A stretch of 64,000 nucleotides of DNA, taken from Octopus sinensis. Lineage: Eukaryota. The stretch is from the NCBI RefSeq assembly GCF_006345805.1, contig NC_043016.1, positions 20,336,001 through 20,400,000 of the forward strand. Direction: 5' to 3'. A program made the position numbers and the translations under genes. Below the pieces are notes generated by a model. The model had not been told where the DNA came from, did not search any database, and worked only from the letters and a program-made list of their open reading frames with translations. This document shows, in pieces, positions 1-11,700 of the stretch. How positions within the stretch are numbered: position 1 is the stretch's first letter; each line of letters starts with the position of its first letter.

Positions 1-360
1 GACATGTTGGGCAGCATTCCCATGTATCCTATGGTGTGCATGGTGGTTATGACTTTGGCTCCAGGAATGAGGAGGGAACAAGGCTACTGGAGTTCTGTGA
101 CACAAATGATCTCATGATCTGCAACACTAACTTCAGCAAACCAGTCAACCACCTAATCACATATCAGTCTGGTGGGAATATAAGCCAGGTCAGCCACATC
201 CTCACCAGACAATGAGATAGGCAGATGCTCACAAATGCAAAGTCTTTCCCAGGTGTAGAGTGTACACCCCAACAGGCTACTAGTTATTGACTTCAGAATT
301 AGGGCTAGAAAGACTTGGAGAACCAAACCATACTGAAAAAGAAGATAATGGAAGCCTCTG
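1..360 (+). mobile_element. RTE-clade LINE fragment, AP-endonuclease region (degenerate)
   Basis: Manual translation HGGYDFGSRNEEGTRLLEFCDTNDLMICNTNF...ITYQSGG...HILTR; same family as 62360..62809. Confidence 0.85.
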
Positions 361-499
361 ATGACAGAGAGGAGGAGGAGGAAGAAGGGAAATATAGCTT
401 AGAGGACATTAAACAATGATGATGATGATATATGTGGCCATCCATTATACATGCTTGTCCATTATGGCTTTGCCCCCTCCCTCTCCCAGCCAAGAGAGG

Positions 500-742
500 T
501 CTTTGTCTTACAGGTGCCAGTGCCACATAAAATGACCTTGTGTTGGTGCCATATAAATGTATCCCTGCCAATGGTGCATAAAGAGCACTCAACATACTCT
601 ATAAAGTGGCTGGCATTAGAAAGGCATCCAGCCATAGAAACCATGCCACAGAAGACAACTGTAGTTTGGACTGCTCCTGTCAAACTATTCAACTCATGCC
701 AGCATGGAAAACATTAAACAATGATGATGATGGTTATGATGG
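500..742 (+). mobile_element. RTE LINE 3' UTR/tail
   Basis: ggcattagaaaggcatccagc...catgccagcatggaaaac...(gat)n motif, repeated at about 41860, 42900, 51230, 56720 and 61550. Confidence 0.8.
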
Positions 743-748
743 TTATAT

Positions 749-817
749 ACTTTTTTCTTGTTTCAGTCATTGACTGTGGCCATGTTGAAGAACCACCTCC
801 ACCTTAATGTGGCCATG
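749..817 (-). mobile_element. SINE 3' tail fragment
   Basis: ttgtttcagtcattgactgtggccatg matches the tail of the SINE at 4981..5370. Confidence 0.7.
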
Positions 818-1417
818 CTGGAACTTACATATAAATATACACACACACACACACACACACATTCATAAACACATGCATACACACACACACATACACACAC
901 ACTTACATATATCATTACACACCTGAACATGCATATATGAATTTACACAAATGTGCACATCTTTATATACATACACAGAAAAATACATACTCACTCAGAG
1001 AATAGGAATACTTTAACACAAAATGATGCAGGCAATAGTGGGTAATGAAGCATAGTTATTGGGGTTAGATGGCATAAGAGTATTACAAAGAGAGAAAAAT
1101 ATAACAGTTTAGAAAATAATACAAAATATAGTAATATAGAAGGTAGTAGTATGCATTTATAAAAAAAATAACACAAAATTATGTAGACAGAGGTATCTAG
1201 ACTGAGTGTAGTTCTGAGTGTCAGATAATGAGGAAAGAGTATTACTAATAGCTAGTGATGGATATGTGCTCAATACCAGTTATAAAATATATATAAAAAT
1301 ATAAAAAGTGAAAAGTGGAATTTTAAATAAAAGATACAGTAAAATAAGATAACATAAAATTATAAATACAAAATATAAAAATATAGAATAAAAAATAAGA
1401 TAAACATTAAAGTAACA

Positions 1418-1651
1418 TTATTTAACACACTCACCGGTAAAATTTCCACTTATTTCTTATTTTTATTTTCGAAAAAAATTTTCGTTGCGTCTTGCAACCT
1501 TTTCAATAGTCTTCTATTTTCATTGCGTCTTGCGATCTTTTCAATAGTCTTGAGAGTCAAGACTATAGAAAAGGTTGCAAGACGCAACAAAAATTTTAGA
1601 AAATAAAAATAAAAAATAAGTGGAAATTTTACCGGTGAGTGTGTTAAATAA
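1418..1651. repeat. Long inverted repeat (PLE pLTR-like) with HHR-like motif in the arms
   Basis: ttatttaacacactcaccggtaaaatttccactt...gttgcgtcttgcaaccttttc mirrored by gaaaaggttgcaagacgcaac...aagtggaaattttaccggtgagtgtgttaaataa; related arm at 33232..33346. Confidence 0.85.
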
Positions 1652-2174
1652 TAAGGCACTAAAAGAGAATGACTCTCCCCAGACACAACAGAATATGCTT
1701 CAACACATGAACTCATATAAAGAATCTTGCAGACCAAATCCAAAAACGAAATTAAAGTAACAAATATTGTAAAAATATGAGACCATAATTAAAAAGAAAA
1801 GTAAAAGATAATTAAGAAATTCCAAATTAAAAGAAAATCATAACCAATAGTCTAGGATGTAGTCTTGGTCAAAATCTCCAAATGAGATGAAGTATAAAAT
1901 TTTAAAAAACGAGACTATAGATAAAGTAAAAATATAATCTAAAAGATCTTTAAGAAATCCTTAATCTAAAGAAAATATATAAAAAATATGGGAGTAAAGT
2001 AAAAGAAATAAAGAAAAGATATAATATAAAAGATATTTGAGAAATCCTAATCTGAAGAAAAAGCAGCTTATGGTGAGATCCTAATGAGATGCAGGCAGTA
2101 ACAATGACCTCATGAAATTTATTAATCAAGATACCTTTGCAGTTCATTTAGTATTTGTTGTTCTGGCAGAGTAC

Positions 2175-2790
2175 TTCACTCTGTGATGTTGTGGTCTCTG
2201 GAAGCTAGGGCTAGACAAATGGCTTGTTACAGCTGTACAGGCCACATACAGAGGTGCTGTCCAGTAAGGTAAGAACATAGTGATGAACTGAGTGTGCAGG
2301 TAAGTGTTCATTAGCACTTGGTTCTCACTCCACTCCTATTCATCACCATCATCCAGGCCAAAACAGAGGAATTTATGACTAACTGCCTGTGTGGGAACTA
2401 CTATATGCTGATGATCTTGCTCTCAGCAGAATCTGTAACAAAATTGGAAAAGAAATTCCAGGTATGGAAGTTAAGCCTGGTATCAAAGGACCTTAGATTT
2501 AACTTAGCAAAGACTAAGGTTCTAGTAAACAAGAAAACAGACAGGCCCTGCTCGATATGTAGGAAAGGTGTAGGCAGGAATTCCGTATAATGTACCCTGT
2601 GCAAGCTGTAGACACATAAGAGGTGCAGTGGAATCACGGGAGGTTAACAGAGAAAGTAGTGTTTTTGTGTGTGTGGAAGATGCGCAGGAACCATAAAGAC
2701 TACAGACACATGGGAAATTGATTTTCTCAAATGCTTCAGATGCTCTCTAGAGGTAGATAATTTCAATTATCAAGGTGACCTAATTATCAG
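2175..2790 (+). mobile_element. RTE LINE fragment (RT C-terminal region plus Cys-rich finger)
   Basis: ORF 2318..2590 LEKKFQVWK...FNLAKTKVL...PCSICRKGVGRNS; YADD encoded out of frame (tatgctgatgat). Confidence 0.85.
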
Positions 2791-4943
2791 ATGTTTAGTA
2801 AGAATGTAGGCTATTAAAATGTTTTCTCGATATTTATGCCTCAATTGTCAATTCCCATCACACGGTTGTTTTTCCTCACATAGCTATATAAATTATTTTA
2901 TTTTAAGGTCTATAGATCTTAGAATAAAATAACTGATATTGCTACGATGCCAAAAAGATCAGTCTGCTTTGTTGCACTTTGTTGGCATTCTGCAAGACAA
3001 TATATTCAGTGACAACTTGGCATTGGATACTAGAATTAGTAGAGTAGACAAGATGTTGGCATCAATCAGTCAATTAGTAATCTTGAATGCTGACAGGTAA
3101 CTTGTTTGATAATGTTGGATTACAAATGAGTTTAAGACAAACATGTAAACAGGCACCAGGAATTGTATACAATTATTATATTTGTGAGTATGTGAGCAAG
3201 CTAGGCCTAGGGTAGTATATCCAAGTTATCAGCAAGCAAAGACTTGAAGTTCACCAGTAGGGAATATCTCCAGTGGGAATAATAAAATAGGTTGTTTTCT
3301 TCTATTAATGATAGTGCAGGCTAATGGAACATGTGCAGTTTCTCACACAAGTGGGATTGGAATACAAGTTCCAGATGAATAAGGAGTTCTCGAGGAAGTC
3401 ATTTTGATGATTCCAGTATCTCTAGATAAAGAAGAATAGTCATTTCGGAATAGGTAATGACTGTCCCCATAATGGGAAATGCCTATGCAAAAATATAGTA
3501 TACAAATGTCATATCTATACATGTGACAGTACTAAATAGATTCTTCTTCTAGTTTTTAAAAACATAGATTCTTGACACATAAACATTCATTCATTGATTA
3601 TAAATCAATGTCTTCAACAATACTGGCTGAGTATATTTGGAGTTTGGTTTTAAACTTGAATGAAATATTATAGGTACTGTACTATTTTATATAGGTGAGT
3701 GACACTAATACACATATGGATCTAATCAAATATTACTGGAAGATGATACATCTCATATACAAAAGTAATAATAGTGGGAAGTGGAAATATTGTTATACTA
3801 ATTCAGTAATGCAACATTAAAGATTATATTAGGCATTATTAATTCTCTTCTAACACCTCCCAATATTTTTCTTCATACTACTTGGTTCTTAGATTACTTT
3901 TTATCTAATACCTTTAACAAATGTCATATCCCCTAGTTGCTGCTTATATAATTTGTAACTTAATAAATCATTGCAATTCAAATAATATCCCTGCATAATG
4001 TATAAAAGATTTCAATCAACTTTGAACTATTATTTTGTTATGCAAGTCTATATTTGAAAAAGAAATAATTGTTTATGCTATCTTACTATGTGCTTGTATA
4101 ACAGTATATAAATATATGTGAATGTATAACCTGTATCACAGACATGAACAACGTTTCATGTCCACACACTACACATACCAACAAGAACGTAAAAACACAC
4201 ATGCAGCTTCACAAATAAAAATCAGGCTGAGTACAAAAATATTTTTACATGCAGAAACACACACACTATCTAACACAAACACACACACAATCAGTAAACC
4301 CACCTACCTATACATATACACTTAAATAACATGGACAATCACGTTAACTCTCTTTCACACACACAAATGATTGTAATGACATTCAACATTGCATCACCGT
4401 GGTTAAAATTTGATACTTCCTTTAATAGTTTTCTTCTCATTTCTCTTTCCTTTATAATTATATTTATGGCTGCTTTGCCTCTTTACTCATAACGTCCTCA
4501 AAGTTATGCACGCACATACACACACATTGCAAACATGGTATGCAAAATTAACCATTTTCAAAAAAGTCTGCACCACACTAATATTAACCATGTACACACA
4601 CACATACACTCACACAAAATAGATGTGATGCATAAAAATACGCAACCACCCAGTGCATTCTTCCTTGAAGAGTTTGATTAATCTGTCCACTGGATCCATA
4701 AGGCTCACTAATAATAAAATATGCACTCTACATGATTGTGTATTGACCTGTATTTGAACAATGGTCATTTCTGATTTATGCCCTACATATTCCAGATATA
4801 CATGTGTGTGTATATGTGTGTGTGTGCACATATGTACGTACACACACACAAACAGAAGTACAGCTAAATATAAAGTATAATATATAATATATATATAATA
4901 TATATATATATATATGTGATAATAATAATAATATATTTTATTT

Positions 4944-4980
<37 letters not shown>

Positions 4981-4981
<1 letters not shown>

Positions 4982-5370
4982 TCTTTACTCTTTTACTTGT
5001 TTCAGTCATTTGACTGCGGCCATGCTGGAGCACCACCTTTAATCGAGCAACTCGACCCCAGGACTTATTCTTTTGTAAGCCCAGTACTTATTCTATCGGT
5101 CTCTTTTGCCAAACCACTAAGTAACGGGGACATAAACACACCAGCATCGGTTGTCAAGCAATGCTAGGGGGACAAACACAGACACACAAACACACACACA
5201 AATACACAATATATACATATATACGACAGGCTTCTTTCTACCAAATCCACTCACAAGGCATTGGTCAGCCCGAGGCTATAGCAGAAGACACTTGCCCAAG
5301 ATGCCACGCATTGCGACTGAACCCGGAACCATGTGGTTGGTTAGCAAGCTACTTACCACACAGCCACTCC
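4981..5370 (-). mobile_element. Near full-length tRNA-derived SINE
   Basis: Minus strand reads tggctgtgtggtaag (A-box-like)...ggttccgggttcagtc (B-box-like)...ggtgctccagcatggccgcagtcaaatgactgaaac, then (aagagta)n tail; other copies at 8222, 29259, 38870. Confidence 0.9.
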
Positions 5371-5869
5371 TGTATATATATATATATATAACGGGAAGCT
5401 TTATGAAAATAGACAAAAGACGAAGGCAGGTGGAAAACAAACAAACAATTGTATTAGTATGGCGCTCAGGAAATATAAATAAAACAAGTCTTTAATATAT
5501 ATATATATAAATGTATACATTGATAAACACATGCACACATGTATATATACAATTTATGAGTAATAAGATGCCAAATGTCAAGAGATAATACGTACATACA
5601 ATGAGTGCTCAAGTTGAAATAGTACCTAAACTCTAGTTTTAAGTGCATGGATATGAGATCAGTCTAAATGAAGATTTCTATAAGCAATGTATTGGTTGAG
5701 TTTGGTATAGGCATAATGGAACATGAACAGGCACAGAAGTATAATAGTTTGTACTCTTTACCTTGTATTTTGATATTTTGGGATTAGGTCCCCTTCTGGA
5801 AATCTTCAGAAAAATGGTATTGTTCAATAGAGAGAGAGAGAGAGTGTGTGTGCATGTGAGGGGTCACTT

Positions 5870-6152
5870 TGCATTGCTATAGTAGCCATTCAGCTGTGTG
5901 CTGTTTGGATCTGTTATTAACATGTGGATTGGTCCTGCTAATTAAGATGGCTTCTTTTTTTCTCAAGTTCCCAATGTTTCATTCAGTAGCTCCAACAGAA
6001 ACCTGGGTGTCTTGGGTCTGGCATTTTGTAGGTGTTTTTGACTGAAACATTAGCTTAGAGGTGTTTAAAAACAACTGTATGTATACTTGTCTGACAGTAC
6101 ATCTAATGTAGAATTCATTACATTGCTACATGTGATCTTATACACCACATAG

Positions 6153-6156
<4 letters not shown>
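5870..6156 (-). mobile_element. Penelope-like element GIY-YIG fragment
   Basis: Minus strand encodes SYVVYKITCS..NEFYIRCTVRQ (frameshifted GIY-YIG motif). Confidence 0.6.
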
Positions 6157-6207
<51 letters not shown>

Positions 6208-6444
6208 CCCACTCTAAGGAATAATGTTGGATTACAGCTGTCCTTTTTTTTATATATAAAATGTGGCAGCTTTCAATAAAAAAAAGATGCTATCCTTAGT
6301 GATCTCCAAAACACTACCCTTGATGTGGAAGCTGATGATAAGAATAATTCTAATGGTGTTTGACTTCCTGGAAATAAATTACAAACTGGCAGTGAAATAG
6401 AATAGATACAGGAGGAAAAGCTGAGGGACAAAGGATCAACTTCT

Positions 6445-6945
6445 TATAGACAGACAGGTAAGAAAAGCCATACTAATCTGGGTATGGCATGGATCAATTA
6501 TAATTTTAGAAGGTCTTGAGTTGGAACAGATATCTGACAACATTTTCAATTTTATTAAGAGATCAATAGAGAACTGGAATTCATAGTTAACACCATGAGG
6601 AAAATTTTTCACAAAGGTTGTCTTTTTAAGAGAGGCATATTTCAGGGAAGTAATATGTTGCCATTGCTGTTTGTGATTTCTATGATATACACTTAACACA
6701 GATGTTACAGAAAGTGACATCAGGATACACCTTGAAAAATGAAGAAAAGTTAAATCAACTTTAAATCACCTGTTATATATAGATGACTTAAAGATCTTCA
6801 GTAAAAATAAATGTAAAATAAATGGTCTGGTTTCAACAGTGCAGATAGTCAGTAAAGATATCAGGATCAAATTCAGGATTAAAAGTGTGGCATGCTCATC
6901 ATAAAAAAAATAAAATGTAGAGTACTATCATCTGATGGTGTAGAA
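6445..6945 (+). mobile_element. R4/Dong-type non-LTR retrotransposon RT fragment
   Basis: Manual translation HTNLGMAWINY...RGIFQG...PLLFVISM...NHLLYIDDLKIFSK...SKDIRIKF. Confidence 0.75.
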
Positions 6946-7114
6946 CCTCATGAATGTTTTACCTTACTGAGTTCACAGTAAGGTAAAACAACCATTAGGT
7001 GTCATTTGTTGATAGTATATTACAGGTATGTGTACACATTCACACATACAAATAACAAATCAAAACCTTGAGATCTAAACCAGGGTTGGTTCCAGGTGTG
7101 ATGCATGTATAAAA

Positions 7115-7384
7115 GAACAGAAATGGGGTTTAAAATTTACTACAGCTGTTTTGGTACCATTTTATTGATGCATTCTTAGATTACACCCCAGCAAAAATCC
7201 ACCATCCTCAGGTAAATTTTATTGTTCATCATGTTAGTTGGTAAATAGGTCATCTAGTTTTACCTTGTCCATTTATGTGTGTTTAAAATTTTACCTGAGA
7301 ATGGTGGATTTTTGTTATGAAATAAGCTAAAAATGTATCAATAAAATGCTAATGAAACAGTAAATTCTAAACCAACTTGTGTTC
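7115..7384. repeat. Inverted repeat with a type-I hammerhead in each arm
   Basis: Arms 7115-7221 and 7284-7384; minus arm reads aaaatttac CTGAGGA tggt...acc AAAA CAGCTG TA gtaaatttt. Confidence 0.8.
7132..7220 (-). ncRNA. Type-I hammerhead ribozyme motif (GAAA mutated to AAAA)
   Basis: 9-bp stem I aaaatttac/gtaaatttt, CUGAGGA core, stem II ggt/acc, palindromic CAGCTG stem III, GUA triplet. Confidence 0.75.
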
Positions 7385-8221
7385 CATGTGCGTGAAACTT
7401 TTAGTAGTGTGGGCCATACATGTGAGGTGATCATGAAAAACAATAGTTACTCTCGTTAGGTGAAGCACTCTTTTTTGTTGAACTTAGACATACGGAACAA
7501 TATTTATATATATATATATATACATATATAATGGGTGAAGGGTTTATGTATGCAATGCACTGTATGCCTTACTTATTTTCCATAATAAATAATTTTCGTG
7601 TAATCTAAAATTAATTATTGATCATTTTCACTACCCTCATCGTATTCATGACATTTTTTTGTATTTCCCATTCCTTCATTTCTTGGTTTTAAACTGTAGA
7701 CAATCAATGTTATTTAACAAGTGTATGTAGAGAAAGCTCCTGTTAGTTTAGCAAAATAAGAAGGAAAAACAGTGAATCAATCGATTTCCTGTTCTTTTTG
7801 AGGGAGTTTTCCAGAGAAATGCAATTTTTTTTTTTTGCTTGTTTTCAGTCTTAGTAAGTAAGAGCAATGGTGTTAGTTTCTTCATATTCTATTATTCTCT
7901 ACAAGAAGAGTGTCAAAACAAGAGGCAAAACAATTGAGTGAGTAGTAGAAGAAAGAGAGAAAAACAGATTTTTTTACTGCTTGTCTTGGAGCTGTGTTAA
8001 GCCAGTAGATACACTGTCAACACATTTTCGCCTGAAGCACTGGTGTTTTTACTGCCTTGTGTAGCAGAGATCAAAGACTTACCTATTCAAAGGACTTAAA
8101 GCTTTCCTCATAATCAAACAGATTTAGACAAGAAATGAATGTTTAGTCAATTTGCATTTTTAGCTTCATTGCTGAATCTGGTCTATTTTGTATGATTATT
8201 CAGTACTGAAGATGTATATTT

Positions 8222-8558
8222 TATCTTCTACTTGCTTCAGTCATTAGACTGTGGCCATGCTGGGGCACTGCCTTGAAGAATTTTTACTGAATGAATTGAC
8301 CCCAATACTTTTTTTTTAAACCTGGTACTTATTCTATTGGTTACTCACACTGAACTGCTAAGTTAGAAGGACATAAACACACCAAGACTGGCTGTCAAGC
8401 AGTGCTAGGGGATAAACACAGAATCACACACACATATATAAGGCTTCATTCAGTTTCCATCTACAAGGCTTAGGTAGGCCTGTGCCTACAATAGAAGACA
8501 TTTACTCAAAGTGCTATGCTGTTGGACTGAACCCAGAAGCAAACTTTTTACCACACTG
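8222..8558 (-). mobile_element. tRNA-derived SINE, diverged copy
   Basis: Aligns by eye with 4981..5370. Confidence 0.8.
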
Positions 8559-8954
8559 CCCCTCCTGTTTCTTAAAAAGATTTAACCCATGGAGAGTATT
8601 CTTGATCCCTTCTTAAGACCTGAATTCAGTCATATGACCCCCCAGAGTTTTTTTCTTGACTCACACTTAGAACAAAAAGAAGCAACCAGCAAAGTTTATT
8701 TTTTTGTAATTAAAAAGTTAAAATTTTCATTTATTTATCTATGCCAATGCTTTAAAATTTAACTTTAAATATTTAGAATGATTTTAAAAAGATTATATAA
8801 AAAAGTAAACTACCACCTAAATTTTTGTGACAATAAAGCTTTAATTCACTTAAAAGATTATAAACATTTTTCTCACTTTTAAACTTAAAGTGGGTAGCAA
8901 GGAATATCCTGGTTATTTTGATTCTCAGTATTACAAACAGTATGAATGAATGAT

Positions 8955-9480
8955 GAAATGTCCCATTCTGAACAAATTTCTGTTTCCAATGTCTGTTATT
9001 TTGTCAGCATAAGAACATATGGACAACTACTGGCTACTGTGATTTGTACAATTTGATTATGGCTTTGACAAAACACAAAAATCTCAGAGCCATCTGAATT
9101 CCATAATTGCTCTGAAAACTTTGGCCAACACGGAATTGATACAGTGATTGATCACTGGAAAGCAGCTTTGATTCAGTCCCACGATAGATCAGTCAAAAAA
9201 AGTCATGATATATTGAAAAGATTAATTCATTGAATTGGAATTTTGGCCAGTCAAGAATTACCACTTGGAGGACATGATGAAACAGAAGAATCAAACAATA
9301 AGGGTAATTTTCTGTGAAAAAGTAGCAAAACACAATGATTGTTTAAGATCACATTTAGATTTCATGAAGAAATGATAATAGCACATCTTCTGTACTTTCG
9401 TGTCATAGTCAAAACGAGATAATTTAATTGTACAGATGCTACAAATGAAGGAGAAATTAAGGCAATGATTGGAAAAACAG
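8955..9480 (+). mobile_element. hAT (ZMYM1/TTF-like) transposase remnant
   Basis: FCFQCLLFCQHKNIWTTTGY...LASQELPLGGHDETEESNNKGNF, with frameshifts. Confidence 0.7.
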
Positions 9481-9810
9481 TCATTCTAAAAATAAGCAAT
9501 CACATCATTGAAATTTGAAAGCTGTGATATAAATGCATGACAAATTCAAAAGAATGTGAATAAAAAAGCATTACATTTGACAGAATAATCTGAATAGTAA
9601 GAAGTTAAGTAAAATATATGGCTTGTTACTATGGAAACAGGCACCAATATGTCTGTGGTTCTCAATCGTTTAAAATTACACAAAGTTTTCAAGCTTTAAA
9701 AGCTAACGTTTCTACATCAGTACATCAAATTTGAAAAAAAACCGAAATGAAATTAAAACAATTAAAAACCGACAGCAACACAAAAGATCCTAAATATCTT
9801 TATTTACTGC

Positions 9811-9896
9811 AGTTCCACATGATTGATGTACAGTTGTTTGAAACATTGTACAGTTTATGTGAGGCATAACTGTATCAACATTTTGTCAGTGGAACT
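9811..9896 (-). ncRNA. Degenerate hammerhead-like motif
   Basis: Minus strand agttcca CTGACAA, long hairpin stem II, tCAAA CAACTG TA...tggaact, followed by AATAAA. Confidence 0.45.
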
Positions 9897-10299
9897 AATG
9901 ACTGTAAAGTAATTTAAGTTTGCAGTGCAGAATAACACTGGAGGATAACGATGATACGCACTGAGAAAGTAGTGTGGGGAAGGGTTAATGAGGGATAGAA
10001 AGGTAAGAATGGGGTGGAGTTAGGGAGATGAAAAGCTAATGCTAATATTTGCTGGGTGTACAGTGGGGGTAGAGCTAATAGCAAGTGTGGTTTCAGATAA
10101 ATGATTTCAACAGTCTAGGCTGCATAAATACTTAGGAAAATATCAAGGTAATTAACTGGGGCAAATTGGGTGAGAGGATATGAATTATTGCAGTGCCTAT
10201 ACTATATCAACTGTAGTGCTGAGTGCTAGTTTGGTTGCCTGTCCTGGAGGATAGTTATAAAAAAGTTGAAATAAGATTTCTCTCTTTCATAAAAGCTAA

Positions 10300-11700
10300 A
10301 TTCTTGTTATTGGATATGACATGCTGTCTGTATTCCTAGTTGATTGTACAGGAGCTAGATACCTGTTTCATCATATATTTCCAGCATCTTAACTACCCTA
10401 CCTGATGGACCAACTGCTCACCCCATCTTCATAACTTTAATGACTATTGTGATGATATAATTTCTATTTTGATAGCTGGTCTCTTCTTTCAATCATTACT
10501 GACAATAATAGAGGCACCATCATTTCAAACACACTTTTCTCTAACATCTTGATTTACACTAACATGCAATCACACAATCTGAAAAACTACACACCTCTGA
10601 TCCTCTCGTCACAAAAGACTGGCAAAACTCCTGCTCTCGGCTTCTTTACAAGCAGTGTATTTGTCACCTAGCTTCCCTCTTGGCCTCATGACAATTCTTT
10701 GCAGCCCACTTTCTTCCATCCTTGTCTTTTACTTCTTATGGCTCTATTTACAGTGCTATTCCTCTACTATGTTACCTTATGTTTGGTTAGTACCTTGCTC
10801 CAGCCACAGAAATGGTCTATAGTTTTCAGCATGTTGCCTCATAAAAATTTTAAGTCGGTTTTTTTTTCTAGTTTCCATCTTCTCCTCTTTTTCGTCATAA
10901 GCATCATCTAGAATTGTTCAGAACATATATTTATTTAGCAGAAGGTTGTTTCAATTTCTTTACCATCCTTTCTCAGAATATCTGTGGTCTCATTTGTGAA
11001 GCTCTTTTTTCTAAAGTCACTAATCAGTAGCCTATGTTAAGTGGCACATTGTTTACTGAGGAAGGACTTATTTGCAACCATTTGCTTGTTAGGTTTCTGA
11101 TGAGAATGACATTTGTCAAGCTTGAACATTCACCTCATTGGAAGATGGCTAGTTCATTTGTATCAGAATACTCCAGAGGATTTGATCCCTCATATTTAGG
11201 ACCATAACCATAGTCACTATGTACTCCAGAGAAGCCACCATAGAGGATCTGAACCAAGATAATGAAGTAGTTGCCAATGTTAACAAAGTGGTTCACAAGA
11301 GAGCCTTGTAAATAAGGATTTTTTTTTTATTCATTGGTCAGCTTTAGTGGTTATAAGTAAGCAGACATATTAATTGCTGTTGTTTTAATTACAACTAGTC
11401 TAAGTTTAATTATTCTGTCACATATTCTGGCTACTTCAAGTGTGTTACATATCCATTTCTTCACCACCAATATGCCTAATCCACTTAAACCAGCAGAAGA
11501 ATTCATTCTTGAGTTGTTTGCTTGAGATGTCTGAATGATATTCCTCAGACAAAAAGATGAGTTCATCTCACTTCTTGCATGCAGCACATATCAACTTTCC
11601 TTCAGGCTAGTATCTCTATAACCCCCCTACATCTACCTTGAATTGTGTCTATGTTAATAGTTGGTGATGCAGATGGTAAGGCCATTTACAACTTTGATCT
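10300..11700 (-). mobile_element. RTE LINE fragment (endonuclease to linker)
   Basis: GLGILVVKKWI..VARICDRIIKLRLV (ORF 11351..11587) and KMG.AVGPSG near 10400. Confidence 0.7.

Noticed and set aside
2940-3460. Possible host exon (minus-strand acceptor ctattcttctttatctag near 3422)
   Set aside because: All frames stop quickly, no recognisable protein, and no partner exons
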